Of a DNA stretch of 64,000 nt, positions 1-17,479 are shown piece by piece; within the stretch, counting starts at the first letter, position 1, and each line of letters opens with the position of its first letter. Position numbers and translations under genes: made by a program. The notes under the pieces are model-generated. The model had not been told where the DNA came from. It ran no database searches and saw only the letters and a list, made by a program, of their open reading frames with translations. Where the stretch lies: assembly GCF_009914755.1 (NCBI RefSeq), contig NC_060927.1; one strand, 5' to 3'. This DNA is from the human T2T-CHM13v2.0 reference genome, Homo sapiens.

Positions 1-227
1 TGAAGTAATGGGGCTTACGATTTGGTTTCCCGAGAGAAAAAGAATGAAGCAGTTTCAAAAACTTGACCAAGTGGGCTAAGATTTGGAGAATGGCTGCTAC
101 CTATTTCCCCAAAAGACCAAACCACCAAGGGATGGGTGGAAGTTCTAGAAGCACTATGAGGTGCTACCAGGGAGGGCCAGGTACCTCCACCATGGAAGGA
201 CAAAGGACAGAAGAGAGGGCTATTTCA

Positions 228-644
<417 letters not shown>

Positions 645-1004
645 TCATTTGAGCTTAACTGTCGACCAGATCAGTTCATTAATTTGCACATTTCTAACAT
701 TATTGGGATAATTTTTGGGCTGAGCCTGTTTCAAGCTTATTTGATAGCAAGCACAAACCCGCTCCCCCTTTGGACAATTCAAAGTAATAATATGAAACAA
801 GCGTCCCGGACTACTAGGGGCTTGAAAGCAACTGCTTCCCAAAGCTCAAGTTTAGAAAGACTCATTTGCCATGAGAAAGAAAAAAAACTTTTTAATCTGA
901 GGAATGTGAGCCCATTTAATTATTAGGCCTAGAGAGGCACTGAAATAAGACAGCCTGTGACAGCAGTCATGTCTCACACCCCCCTTCGAGATAAATAATT
1001 ACCT

Positions 1005-1287
<283 letters not shown>

Positions 1288-1482
1288 AAATAATTACCTC
1301 TTGAAGCCACTAGCTATGTGGGCTCTAGACTGATGCCAAGTAGCCATGGAATGACACACACCCTATAGTTCAACAATGTACAGCCAATCACTAATCAATG
1401 TTATTTCTGTAAGCCAATGAGAGTTCCTGTCAAACAGCTTTGTATCAGCCCGCTCCTTTTTCCCTTTAAAAACCTGCTTGTA

Positions 1483-2601
1483 AATGGGGAAAAGACTCCC
1501 TATTCAATAAATGGTACTGGAGATAACTGGCCAGCCATATGCAGAAGGTTGATGCTGGACCCCTTCCTTACACCATATACAAAAATCAACCCAAAATGGA
1601 TTAAAGACCTAAATGTAAAACCCAAAACTATAAAAACCCTGGAAGACAATGTAGGCAATACCATCCTGGACATAGGGCAAAGATTTCATGACAAAGATAC
1701 CAAAAGCAATCGCAACAAAAGCAAAAATTGACAAATGGGATCTACTTAAACTAAGAAGCTTCTGCATAGCAACAGAAACTATCAACAGAGTAAACAGACA
1801 ACCTACAGAATGGGAGGAAATATTTGCCAACTATGCATCTGACAAAGGTCTAATTATCTGGCAACTATAAGGAAATTAAACAAATTTACAAGAGAAAAAC
1901 AATCCCACTAAAAAGTAGGCAAAGGACATGAACAGACACTTCAAAAGAAGACATACATGTGGCCAAGAAGCATATGAAAAAAAAGCCCAATATCACTATC
2001 ATCAGAGAAGTGCAAATCAAAACCACAATGAGATACTATCTCACACCAGTCAGAATGGCTACCATTAAAAAGTCAAAAAACAACAGATGCTGGCGAAAGT
2101 GCAGATACAAGGGAACACTTACACACTGTCGTGGGAGTGTAAATTGGTTCAACCATTGTGGAAAGCAGTGTGGCAATTCCTCAAAGAGCTAAAAGCAGAA
2201 CGACCATTCAACCCAGCAATCCCATTACTGGATACATACCTAAGGGAATAGAAATCCTTCTACCATAAAGACACATGCATGCAAATGTTCATTGCAGCAC
2301 TATTCACAACAGCAAAGACACAGAATCAACCTAAATGCCCATCAACCTAAATGATGACAGATTGACTAGAGATGTGGTACATATACACCATGGAATACTA
2401 TGTGGCCACAAAGATGGGAACACAGACACTGGGGTCTACCTGAAGGTGGAGGGTAGGAGGGAGAGGGCCAGAAAGATAACTATTGGGTACTGGGCTTAAT
2501 ACCTGGGTGATGAAATAATATGTACAACAAACCCCCAACACACGAGTTTATCTATGTAACAAACCTTCACATGTACCCCTGAACATAAAATAAAAGTTAA
2601 A
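1483..2601 (+). mobile_element. 5'-truncated LINE-1 (older L1PA type): ORF2 3' end plus 3' UTR
   Basis: Frameshifted ORF2 peptides ([57 protein letters not shown]); L1PA 3' UTR; TSD AAAACCTGCTTG at 1469-1480 and 2612-2623. Confidence 0.93.
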
Positions 2602-2889
2602 CCCCCCCCCCAAAACCTGCTTGAACGAAGGCAACTTGGAAGTGTGTTTCAGGCTGCAGTCCTCAATGTTGGCCCAAATAAACTCTCTCAATTTTGCCTG
2701 CTTCTTTATTTAGGTCACCAGCCAATAGATGTGCTCATTGACAATTTTTTTTCAATTCATTATTTTAATGAATTCTAGTCTCCTTTTTATTATTTTGGGG
2801 GCATTATTTGTTCAAAACAGGTTGAAATGCTATAAACAAAGCTTTGAAATAATACAATTATATTTCCTTTTAAAAGTTCCTTAGTTCAA

Positions 2890-3135
2890 GGCCAGGTTTG
2901 GTGGCTCACACCTGTAATCCCAGCACTCTGGGAGGCCGAGGCAGGCAGATTACTTGAGCTCAGGAGTTCAAGACAGCCTGGGCAGCATGGCGAGACCCTG
3001 TCTCCAACAAAAATAAAAAAATTAGCCGGGTGTGGTAGTGTGCACCTGTGGTCCCAGCTACTCGGGAGGCTGAGGCGGGAGAATCGCTTGAGCCTGGGGT
3101 GGGGAGAGGAGACGGCAGTGAGCTGTGATTGTGCC
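2890..3135 (+). mobile_element. Alu SINE (AluJ-like), lacking its 3' end and tail
   Basis: Alu consensus from GGCCAGG to GATTGTGCC, followed directly by a copy of the target site. Confidence 0.9.
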
Positions 3136-3146
3136 AAAGTTCCTTA

Positions 3147-4281
<1,135 letters not shown>

Positions 4282-7200
4282 GTTCCTTAGTTCACACCAG
4301 CTTTCCTCTCCACTAGCTTCTATAACTAATTTTACCTTGGGTTCTTGAAAAAGTGCAGAGTGGGCAATGGCAGGTGGATGCTGGAGGAAGGGCTGGGCGT
4401 TGGGGCCTTGCTGGATCACACTCACACCACAGTGCTGGCTAAGCTCTTGCTGACCAGCTGGAAGGACAGGGAAAGCATAGGAGCAGCTCTGCTGGGCTGG
4501 AGGTGTGCTGTCCCCTGGATTCCAGAACCTGGAAGCAAAGACTACCCGGAAACAGTCCTCCACCACGGTGCTCACTTGTAGCCCAAGGAGAAGATGTGTG
4601 CTTTTCAAAGCCTCGCATGAACTTTGGTGGCAATGCAGACCTGAGTCCGCTGAGCTACCTTGGTCAAACTGGCTAACTCGGAGCCTCTAGTTTCCCTTCT
4701 GTACAAAATAAGTTTATTATAAAGAATACATGAGACAGATATTGTGCCTGGCTCAGACGATGTGTGGATTCATACTGGTCTGCACCCTTGCTCTTTTCCA
4801 CAACTTCAAAGGGCCTTACTAACACAGGCATGTTGGGAATGGGTATATCTCAGACATGCTGGCCTGGTTCCAGAATTTCCCTGGGGACCAGGAGGGCAAG
4901 GTAAGAAAAGGAGACACAAAAGGGACATGGAGGTAACAAAGAGCAAGAGAAGTACCAGCAAGTCCATTAGCCACTCTGCTTCTCTCTCTCTGTTACCACT
5001 TTTAAAAATACACATGAATATACATATAAGTATACATGCAGAATATATATTTTTAAATTGGTAATGCCTGTTCCCAATACACAATTTTAAAAGTGCAGAT
5101 AAGCAGACAGTGCAGAGTGAGTACTCCCTGCATCCTAGGCCTCAGGCACCAGGTGCCATGCTCCCACCATAGAGCCTGTTTCTGGCATGTTCTTCCAGAG
5201 ACCAGCACCTCTGGGTTTCTTAATCCCCTTCCCATCTGGGGAACAAACTCCTGAGGGTAACCACCTCCCTGCTCCTGGCTCCTGAGCAGTTTCTCTTTCA
5301 TCTGCACTTATTTTTAAAAGGGTTTTCAAGTGGGTGCTCTTGAGACAGTGTTGGCTCAGCGGCAGAGAGGTGCCAAGTGGCTGGACATCCTCTGAAAGCT
5401 GCCCAAGAGTTTAAACAAGCTCTTACAGCAAAGCTATTCTTCCCTCTCCTCCCAGCCTCTCTGGAGACAAGGCGTGAATGCCAGGAAGCTGGGTTTCCCA
5501 ATGGGCTGAGTCTCGCTGGGCTTCCAAATTAGAAAAATAAACACCGCAGGGAGAGTGAGTACAGCCTGCTGAGGGCCACAAGTGTTGGTCTAAAATGCTG
5601 GTCCCCGAGTTTCCTGTTTTCAAAGATATGAAATGCCAAACCCACACTACCCTTCTCCTTGGGCCAGGTGGTATGCAGAGTGGGTGGGGTGAGGCCCATC
5701 CCACGTGGCTGGAGGCACTGCTCAGAGGCTGAGCTGCTCACAGAGGCCAGAAGGGTGCTGGGGCTGGAGCCTGGAGCAACCAAGGACAGGGACCAGAGGC
5801 AGATGTTGAAGGGCAGTGAAGGACATACCACACCCTGCCCTGCTGTTTCACCTCTGGCACCATCTGCCATGAGGAAGAAAAAATGTGGACCTCCCCCCAC
5901 AACTCCTGACTCCCAAAGGGAATCAATCACCTCAGAGCCAGCCCTTTTCCCAGCCCCCACTGCATGCACATGGGCAGGGGGCTCAGCAGTGTTCCCTCCC
6001 TAGGCATAGCAGGGCAGCCCAAACACAAGGCCAAGGAAGGCTCACAGATCACAGACTAAGAGCCTCTTCCACACACTTGCTCAGCCATCTTCCCCGTTTT
6101 GGCTGTGGATGGCCTCAACACCTGAGGCCCTTTCTTCATTCTTTCCACTTGGCAAAATCCACCCTATCCTCTAAGGGTCCTTCTTGTCCACAGTCCTCTC
6201 CTGGCATTCCTTTCTGGCACTAATTCCAGAGTCTCGTGGATGAGACGCTGTAAGCTGGTGAGCTCCATGGCACAGGGACCAAGTGTGCAAAAACAATCAC
6301 AGAAAAGACCAAATGCCCTAAATGGAGGTATCTGCATCCTGGCCTTCCAGGTTTCCCAGGCCCCTTCTATGTTTCTTTGTCGTCACTGTAGAAGAAGGCA
6401 GATGCTTCCCTTCTCCCCTTCCTCCAGATTTCCTACCATTTTTTCAGGCCTCAAACCTTGGTAGAATCCACCAAGCTCACTGGCTCATATGTATTCAGTT
6501 TCTCTGGGGCTTATGTGTTTCCTCTCCAAGGAGGTATGAGGGCCCTTACTTGGTACTCATCCCCAAAGGAGCTGGCCGAGGCTCTCTTGCTCACCCTGGG
6601 TGATGGCTCAACATGGAAACATAGCCACATTCCATGGGGTTCTGTCTCTCCCTATACCAGCACTTACCAAACTATATCATGGTGGAGAAGTGTGCCTGCC
6701 CTGCTTGGGTGGCAGGCTCCTAGAGCCAGGGCCAGGTCTAATCCACCTCTATAAGCTCAGAGTCGAGCTCAGAGCCAAGCCCAGGGCCCCCTTTAGCAAG
6801 GGTCAGCTGAATGAAGTCTCTGACACCACAGACAGGAAAGAGCAGGCCTGGAAAATGAGTTCAACTACATCAGACTGGGATGCTCATGTAGGAAAATAGT
6901 AAGAAAACAGCAAGAAGGTACTAAGTGAGCCATGGCGTCACACACAGGTTTTCATTTTACCCCTCACTGGCTATGACTAAAATTATAAGCAAAAAAGACA
7001 TCTATACCACATCCTGGCTCCAGCTCAGAAACGATTTTGGGAAGGACAGTGCAGTGGAGTGGAAAGAACAGGGGATCTGAGAGCAGGTCCTCATTTTGGG
7101 CTCTGGTCAGAGAAACTTAGGTTCTCCAATCAGCCTCAGCAGAACTACTCTGATCTCTTAGGGTCATTGTGAGCACCAAAAATGTATGCAAAATGCTTTA

Positions 7201-7383
7201 AAAACAATACTAGTGCTACATAGATTTTCTCAGTAATCATAACCATGAGAAAGACAAAACAAGAATCTCTCAGGGGCTCTAAGCAGCCCAGGACTGTCTT
7301 AGCCTCAGTGTGGGTGTCTGGGGTGTGGAGGCGGGGGGCTGCCAAAGTCAGAGGTCTCTCCCTCCTCATGCAGAAGAACCTAG

Positions 7384-7613
7384 CAGGAGTGTCTAATCTT
7401 TTGTCTTCTCTGGGCCACACTGGTAGAAGAAGAACTGTCTTGGGCCACACAAAATACACTAACACTAACAACAGCTGATGAGCTAAAAAAAAAAAAAAAA
7501 AGTCTATGCATACATGTCCTAATGTTTAAGAAAGTTTACAAATTTGTGTTGGGCCACATTCAAAGCCATCTTGGGCTGCAAGTGGCACACAGGCCATGGG
7601 TTGGACAAGCTTG
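7384..7613 (+). mobile_element. MER30 (hAT-Charlie non-autonomous DNA transposon)
   Basis: Matches recalled MER30 consensus from CAGGAGTGTCTAATCTTTTG to GGGTTGGACAAGCTTG, including the internal A run. Confidence 0.85.
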
Positions 7614-8409
7614 AAAGCATAAGCCAAATGCCATGGCCATCCACATTAGCATAAATGGCTCCTCCCACAGAGTTTCCACATGCTTCCATGGTTCCTATGA
7701 ACAGGAGATTTGACACCAGGATGAAAGAGCGTGGGGTTTCAGAGTGCTTCTCCCAGGAAGGAAAGACCCAACCACACACCATAGGGCTGGAAGGAACACC
7801 TACAGGCCCAAGGTCTAGGTGTATCTGTGGTATCCACCAGAGACAAGGGAATGGAGACAGTCTCAAATTCTAAAATGCTGGGCGCAAACGTATGTGCACA
7901 CATGCACCTTTGCCTGAGCGGGCAAGGTCGACATCAACTTTAACCAGGCAGGCAGCCTCTGGGCTCAACGACTATAAACAAACCCAGTCTGTCTGGTATG
8001 CTGGAGATTCTGCTTATCCAAAATTGTGGGTCCCCAGATGGCCTGGGCCACCACGCACCATCACAAAGGAGCAGTTGTCAGCATGCATTTCTGAGGCAGG
8101 AACAGGCAACTCTACAGGCATCCTCACTTTAGTTCATCTGAATCAGCAGCTCTTGCTTTGCCCAAGCTGATCTGTTTACTAGCACACAAGAATACCTCCC
8201 TTGGATCATCCTGGGGAGAGAGGCAAGGAGGAGGCAGTGAGGAAAATGCCAGGCGGTGGAGGCAGCTGAGGGCTCAGGGAGAGAAGAGAAAAGAATCACC
8301 AAAAGTTCTTTTCTATAATACAAAGTTAACACCTCCCTGTTCTGGTCCAGCCTTTATAAACCCAGCATATCCCTAACTCCATACACATTCTTCTATTAGC
8401 AATAGCTTA

Positions 8410-8620
8410 CGCTTGTTGAGCTAGGTGACTCACAGTTACTCATACTTAATCCTCACAACAAACTACAAAGAAACAACCCTTTTTACAGAGGAGAAAGCTG
8501 AGGCTCAGAAAGATGCAGCACCTGGCCGAAGGTCCACCGTGTAGCAAGCGACACAGCTGAACTTCCAACACCAACCACTCCAACTTCAAGGCCAGAGTCT
8601 GCTCCACCATACCGGGCTAT
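8410..8620 (-). mobile_element. MIR SINE
   Basis: MIR core TTTTACAGAGGAGAAAGCTGAGGCTCAGA preceded by AATCCTCACAAC. Confidence 0.7.
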
Positions 8621-9451
8621 CCTGAGAAACCACATAAGCAAGCTGAGCTTTTTAAAAAAAATCTGAGTGATGGTTAGAAAACAGCTGGCTCCTAAGCCCG
8701 AGAGTGGCAAGAAAAGACCAGACTGAAGCCTCCATCTCAGGCACAGGAGGCAAGCCTTGAATTAGATCTCAGAAGCAAGCTCACCCACAGACAGAAACCC
8801 CGGAGGAGCTAGCAATCACCATTGGCCCCTACCCAGGCTCCTCAGCCCTCACCCTCAAGCTTTGAGGAGGTCTGCAGATCTCTCTCTTTCAGACAGAAAA
8901 ACATACATACAACTACATAAAGTTACATGTGTCATCCCCAAACTGGAGTTCCTGTGGAAAGAGCCCTGTCTGGACCTGGAGCCAGAACTGCCGGGACCCA
9001 AACCTGTCTCTAGTACTCACTGCTGTGTGACCGTGGAGCACTCAACCCCTTTGAACCTTAATTTCTTTATCTAGGGAGGCCATCCCTGCAGCAATCCCGA
9101 TTTCCAGGGGTGAGTAGGAAGATGAAAATAGATGACTGACGCTGAGGCAGGGCAGGCTGAGGTGCCGTGGGCACAGCACACAGGTACTGGGGAGCTGACT
9201 CCGGAATCTGAGTGCTGGAGACTGGCCACTCTCCTCTGAAAGACAGGCAGCAAGGCCAGGCAGAAATCGCCGTTCAGATCTCTCACACACCCAAATGTCT
9301 CCGCAGGCTAAGCCTGACAAGGAAGATGTCCAACACCTGGAGCAGATTCAGTCCTCTATAACCCCTCCCCACCCAAACACATACCCTCTGAAAAGGGGAC
9401 CAAGTGATATTTTTGTATTTCTGTAATTCAGCATGTAAAGTTTCCTTGTAT

Positions 9452-10325
<874 letters not shown>

Positions 10326-10894
10326 TAGCTAGATGTCTTCTCATCAGAAAAACTTAATAAAGAAACCTGAAAACAAAACAGAAAACTGACCACAGATAAG
10401 ATGGGGAAATGGCTTTCTTTTTTGGTTTAATTCTGCAACTATCATAACCTTTAGAAGTTTTAAAAGAAAGTCTTCATTCAAGGACAACCGCTTCATTTCA
10501 AGTCCCAGACATTCACAGAATGATTTTCTAAAGCTTTTTCTCATGGTACCCTTGTAATAAAGCTGTGAGGTAGGAAAAGCAGGAATCCCCTCCATTTTAC
10601 ATATATAAAAACAAAGGCCCTGCCCAGGTCCTATGTCAGGTGTGGCAGAGCCAAGTCCCGGGACAGGTGTCCTGAGGCCAAACCAAATGCTCTTTGCAAT
10701 CTAGAGGGCTCACAGGGACCAGGAAGGAGACTCACAGTGATCACTCTCTGCCCAGAGCAGGGGACATTTGGAATCCCGATGCTGACTTGGCCCCTGTTGG
10801 GGAAGTGTGTGCTACTCCAGGAGGCAGGTGTTGGCGGGGATGGAGGGAGGCAGGACAGTGGGAGAAGAGAGGAGGCGAGCCCCAGTGAGTGTAC

Positions 10895-11019
10895 CTGCAG
10901 TGGTGGGCTCGGTCGGGCTTGATGCTGCAGCATTTGGGGCACTTGTACACCACCTGCCCAGGCTTCAACTGTAAACTCTCGATGAATTCTTTAGTGGCAT
11001 TTCCTTTGGGCACTGCCCC
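10895..11019 (-). CDS. ZDHHC3: ZDHHC3 exon 3 (second coding exon), start of the DHHC cysteine-rich domain
   Basis: Acceptor TTTCCTACAG (AG at 11021-11020), donor AG|GTACAC; 125 nt encoding [41 protein letters not shown](S); joins exon 2 in phase 0 to give the DPG motif. Confidence 0.97.
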
Positions 11020-11249
11020 CTGTAGGAAAGATGAAAGGTATCAGGGTTGGGCTGGGGGTTCTATCAGCTCTAACATTCTACAGTGGGGATAGTTATTTGA
11101 AAGCAGCAACCACACACACACATGGACAGGACACTTTGATACCAACAACATGTGGACTCTGTGTTCAGAATTATGCCAACATTAAGGAATATTTATTGAC
11201 CAAAAATTTTTCTGAGGAGATGCCATTAGGCCACATTAATTCTTTGATT

Positions 11250-11583
11250 TCTTTTCTTTTCTTTGTTTTTTTGTTTTGTTTTGTTTTTTGTTTTTTTTAG
11301 ACAGAGTCTTGCTCTGTCGCCCAGGCTGGAGTGCAGTGGTGTGGTGTAATCTCGGCTTGCTGCAACCTCTGCCTCCTGGGTTCAAGCGATTTTCCTGCTT
11401 CAGCCTCCCGAGTAGCTTGGATTATAGGTGCTCGCCACCACGCCCAGCTAATTTTTTGTATTTTTAGTAGAGATGGGGTTTCACCATGTTGGCCAGGATG
11501 GTCTCAATCTCCTGACCTTGTGATCCGCCCGCCTCAGCCTCCCAAGGTGCTGGGATTACAGGTGCAAGCCACCACACCCGGCC
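11250..11583 (-). mobile_element. Alu SINE (AluS-like)
   Basis: Reverse Alu with (GTTTT)n tail; TSD AATTCTTTGATT at 11238-11249 and 11584-11595. Confidence 0.93.
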
Positions 11584-12149
11584 AATTCTTTGATTAATTT
11601 TCTACACTAAACAGTGACATTGTTCCTGATTACTTTGTATTTTCATTTTACTGGAATTATTTTAATTGAATCCATTCTCTCCTATATAACAGCAAGGATT
11701 TGGCTCACTGACTATTTTTTGGTCTATATTAAATTTCCTGATAACAGCTTCTCCCTTTCTAAGTTTCACTGGTGAGCAACATGTCTAACAGTTTCCCCAG
11801 ATCAAAATTTGCAGCTCCACATTTTAATGGGTTGTTTGCTGGGATTAAGTTTTACTTTTACCAGTGGTATTGTTATGAATAATTGTAATCTATATTTGGT
11901 TCTTAGTGAATCCATAAGCAACTGGGAGCTGCTGCCCTCAGGTATTTGACTTGCTGTCTGGCCAGAGCTGCCCTCTGATTTGCTCTTCCACCTGTGGAGT
12001 ATGCTTGTGAATACTTAGCGTTCTTTAGAGCCAATGGCAGAGCCAAAATGCCATAAGATTCTGCTCTGGCTGTGCACCCATCCAAACAGAAGGAAAACAG
12101 GCAGTGCACAGGCCTAAGTAGGGTCTTAATAACCAACCTTCACCAAGAG

Positions 12150-13060
12150 CCTGCTTGGTGCTGAGCCCTGTGCTCTCATGCTCACTGCTATGGACTCAGG
12201 AATCACAGGAGGTCCCTGCTTCCAAGACTTATAGTGTTTTGGAGGCTGACAAACGATTCTAGTAAAAGAGGTTACATGCTGTGGAAGGTATTTGTGTTGA
12301 GGGAGCACAGAGGAGCCAGCAGCCAATTAATCAGGGGAATCAGAGGAGTTTTAAGTAGTGATGTTCAAGGGTTGTCTCGAGGAATGTATAGAGGCTGGCT
12401 AGGTAGACCTGTGGGAGAAAAGGGATTCCAGCAGAGGAGGGCATGAGTAATGACAAAGAGGTGAGGGTGAGCATGGCATATCTGGGAGACAGGGAGAATA
12501 TCAGTGTGCTGAACTGTGCGTATGCAGTGTCAGCGGGGAGGCCGGACCGATGGGCCGGGGCCAGCCCATGTGGTGCGCTGAATACCAGGTTGGGATGGGA
12601 TTTTTCTTTATAGGTAGCCTAGAGCCATTAGGTAACACTGGTGCTTCAGGAAGAGAGCTCAGTTGCCTGTGTTATGTGGATCATATAAGAAGAGGGAGAG
12701 ATGAAAATTCCAGACACCACGTAGGAGGTTATTGTTGATGGTCCAGTAAGGAAAAACTGAATTACGAGGATGGAGCGGGAGAAGTGGAGAGGAAATTCTG
12801 AGATCTGAATCTACAAATGATGGTAGGGAACCAACTTGTTATTGGGTGGTGGAGAGGGTAACAAAAAGGGAGGAGATGAGCCCCAGTAGGGTTTCCATTT
12901 TTAGCAGCTGGTAAGTGGTGGCACGTCAAAACCATTAAGAGAGCAGAAGGAAGTTCTGAGAAGAGCTGATCAGTTCAGTTAGGGTATGCTGAGTCTGAAG
13001 TGCCTGAGGGACACCCAGGAAGGTAGCTGGGAATATAGGTCCAAGAAGTAAGAGAGAAGA
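12150..13060 (-). mobile_element. Degraded L2 LINE fragment, with an adjacent MIR to about 13310
   Basis: Purine-rich L2-like motifs (GGATTCCAGCAGAGGAGGGCATGAG, GAGTCTGAAGTGCCTGAGGGACACCCAG); boundaries approximate. Confidence 0.55.
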
Positions 13061-15072
13061 TCAGTCAGTGGCATAGCACAAAGGGTTAGAGCTGGCTTGG
13101 AAGTCCCCTGGCCTTGCTTTAAATCTGAGCTCTACATTTGCGAGTGGTGTGCCCACTGACAGGTGGGCCTATCTATGCCTTAGTTTCCTAATCAGTGAGG
13201 CAGGACTCATCTTATCTAATTCCCAGCATTACTGAGAAGGTTAAACTAGACATAGACAACTTGCAGAAAGGGCTCAGATGGTACTGCCACAGATAAAGTG
13301 CTCAGTAATATGGTGGTCTGTTTTCTGGGTCTGGTGTTGGCACCAATGCTGCAGCTTCAAAAAACTACAGATGCCTAGACTCTTATGCAGCACTACTATA
13401 AAAAAACTACCAGGGAGTATGGCCCTGACTTCTGCATTTTTTACACTCCCTAGCAGAGTCTTCTACTCTATAGCCAGGGCTGAGAGCTACTGTGCCAGAC
13501 CAGAAACTCCATGATTGGGTCTACCTTGATCAGCACCAGATGCCCTGGCCTGGTACACAGTATGACACAAAGTGAAAGGTAAAAGATCCAGCAGCTTCCA
13601 GCAAAGGGGTGAAAGAAGTAGTGACAACAGGGAGCCAAGGATGTGCCATCCTGGGAACTCTGCCTGCTTGGCCCAGCTCCCAAACAAGAACCACACCTGA
13701 CACGAGGTCAAGCCACAGCTATGGCATTGGACTGGGGCACTCTTCCCTCCATGACCCCTGTGTCAGGTCTACTTCACAGCAAGCTCCACTCCTCAGTAGG
13801 CACCCATGAGATACCACAATCAGGGAAGTCAGTGTAACATCAGAAGGACAGAAACTAAGACTGTTCCCACATTCTGCATGTGCCCAGAGTGAAAGTACAG
13901 TTTATTAGGGTGGGCAAATTGGGAGTTTCAGATAGAGCACCCTGGTCTCCCCAGAGTTGGACCGATGGATTATAACAGGCCAAGTGAGGGGTTCCCAGGG
14001 CAGAAGGGATGAAGACTGGGTGTCAGAACCTTTCCTATAAAAGAATTCTGGGAAGGGAAGAGCCACTGAAGAAACAGAAAAATCTTTAAGTGCTGGAAAT
14101 GCAAGGGAGCTGTGGTTCTGTCTTGCACTGTGAAAATGACTCACAGTGGATTAAGATTCCAGCTAAGAAAACTGCAGAGACAAGTCAACCAACAACTCTC
14201 TCCTGAAGGTCTACACCATGCCGAACACTGTGGGAAGTACAAAGAAGCGATGGGAGCCCAGGCCTCATACAGCTGGTGGGTGGACAGGTGCAGATGCAGT
14301 GAGGCTGCTGAGGCAGAGCACCTAGAGAAAGGCATGGCCACCAGTGCGTCAGGAGCTAAAGGGAGGCAAGAGGACTGAAAGTGGGGATCCTAGGAAGGCC
14401 AGGAGGATCCTGGTGGATACTAAGCAGGAGAGGAGCACCTGGGAGGAAAATCAGTTCAAGCACGGTCCTAGAGGTGGGCCTACAGATCTCCTGTCGTCTG
14501 CTCTTCACATGACTCTTTGCTGGGCCCCAGCCCTTCCCCTGCTAAGCCTCTGCTTCTCCTGCCTCAGTGAGGACCTATTCACTCCTGAGATGGGCAGCAC
14601 TTGGCTGACCTGTCATTCAGAGCAATGACGTGCTTCCCCACTGAGGATGAGGAGCCAAAGGCTCACAAGGAGCAGGAGACAAGGAGGCAATGAGAAAGTC
14701 TGAAGGAACACTTGTCCACATGCAAGCGCACCTCAGTGCTGCAGGCTCAGACTGAGAGTGGGGTGGAAATGAGGTCCTTTATACTCTTTCAACTCTCTAA
14801 AGCATTTCATTACTTTTTTTTTTTAAGTTAAAACAGTAGAAAAAAAATCTGGTCTGCAAAATGTAGTCAGATGTCAGAAAAGCCTATGACAGAAAGTTCA
14901 AAAGCAAACACATTTTGGTGGGCAAGGACCACATGGTATCTACAATACCAGTTAGAATACCGTTTTGGACATTAAATATGCTATAAAAATACACAATTAT
15001 TGACACAGGAAACATCTATAACAGATTTTATATACATATACACATACATATAAATAAGAAAAAAGAAAAAAA

Positions 15073-15180
15073 ATGTGTGGTGGTACATGTCTGTAATCTT
15101 AGCTACTTGGGAGGCCAAGGTGGGAGGATAGCTTGAGGCCAAGAGTTTGAGAGCAGCCTGGGCAACATAGTGAGACCCTA
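15073..15180 (+). mobile_element. Alu monomer fragment (FLAM-like)
   Basis: GTGGTACATGTCTGTAATC ... AGCCTGGGCAACATAGTGAGACCC. Confidence 0.8.
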
Positions 15181-15338
15181 TGTAGGAGGATCACAGGTAC
15201 TTTTAATTTTCTTGACTATATTTATGAAATATTCTATTAGAAACAAGTGGCTTTTGCAAAGAGGAAATGATCCATTAAAAACAAGCAAAACAAAAACAAA
15301 AACAAAAACTTGAGGAGCCACCCAAAGTAGGAATATGA

Positions 15339-15862
<524 letters not shown>

Positions 15863-17479
15863 TGTGTTCTCTTTCATGTAAAAAGTAATTGAGTTTGGGC
15901 AACTGTGTGGATCCTAAAACCAGAAAACCACAACTAGAAGTTACTATTGTCATGTGTATAAGAGAAAAAGTGCAAAGGGACATCCTTTCCCCCAAGGACA
16001 TGAAGCAACGAGGCTTGAGTTTTCCTAAATTATGGCCCAGGTGGTTTTTTTGTTTAGTCCCAGTTTTTAAGAAGGTCCCAGCCACCAGAATGTACTGTAA
16101 GCCCCAGGGGACCCTGTATAAAAGACTGCAAGAGGAAACCTCTAACCCATAAAAGGGAATCAGAGCTCTTGTTTGGTATTCTCATTACGGCCTATTTATT
16201 CCAGACCTTGAGTAGAGACATCATTCAGCAGCTCAGCCTTTCTAAACATGTGCCCCCACAATGAGACTCCATTTGCATAAATCTCCCAAAAGGCCCATCT
16301 CCATTCAGGCAGGGCCCCACCCATCCAACCACCTGAGCCCACCTCTCAGAGCCAGAGAGCAGCTGGGCCAGCCCCCAAGACTGAGGAGTCTGATGCATAC
16401 ACTTTCCAGTCTCTGCCTCAGGCAACTTTTTGTTTCATTCTTTTTTAAAATGCATATTATGCTCTTTTGGGCTCATCTCCACAGATTTCAGAGCTCTTTG
16501 TTATTAGTTCATGGTAAGGAACTTTGTTCTTTACAATCCTGGACAGACAGCAGGAGATTGAAGGCCTGAGACATTTTTGTCACTGCTGTCATGCTTGCAT
16601 TACTGAGAAATGCCTATCCCCCTACCCCACGTTCTTACACACTCCACAGGGATGTCTTGAAGCTTCCACACTGCTGCAAGCCTAGCAGGTCAAAATGCAC
16701 TGACTTTATCTCTCTCATTTCCAAAGTAATACTTGTTCATGGTTTTAAGAAAGAAAATACAGATGAAAAAGTGGAAAAGGAAAAATTCACTCTGATTTGA
16801 TCACCCAAGACAAGTACTACCAACATTCTGAAACATATTCTTAAAGTCTTTTCTCTTTGTACTAAAGTAAAAACACTTTAAAAAATCTATAGGCTCATAA
16901 AAAGCAGATCACAAAGCTTCCAAAATATACATTTGGCCCCACAGTGGAACCAATTTAAATCTGTTTTAAAATAAGTGTGTAGAAGCTGTTAAAGCTTTTC
17001 TGCTCTAGTCATGGCAGAACTCCTTCCACATTCTCTGCACAGAGCTCTGAGTTTTCAGTGCAGAAGGAACATAATGGTACTTGTATGTGCACCTGTGTGT
17101 ATTTAGGGGTGGGGTAGGGTGTGATGTGCCTCCATCAGCCATTCCCCTTAGTAGGTAGCCCAAACTTCTAGTACCTTCCTTGACCCCTGCCCACTTCCTT
17201 TTCTATTTTGGAGCAAATTAAGGCTGCTAGGGTTAAATCCTTCTCATATTCCTCATCTCACTGCCTCACTGTCCCTGGACTCACGGGTACCCACTGTCTT
17301 GGAAGATGAGGCTCAAGTCAATCCTGGCCCTCAGGGCCCCCATACCATTACCTCCAAGCTTTCTCCTTGTGTTCTTAGCAGGCTCTGAGCTCTCCCTGCC
17401 CTTTCATAGCTAAGCTGCTTGAAGCCTTGTGCACCTGATGTCTCTGCTGACCTCTCCCTTACTGTTCATGCACCTGTCC

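Noticed and set aside
1417-2192. ORFs with L1 ORF2-like peptides
   Set aside because: Frameshifted fragments of a 5'-truncated, dead L1.
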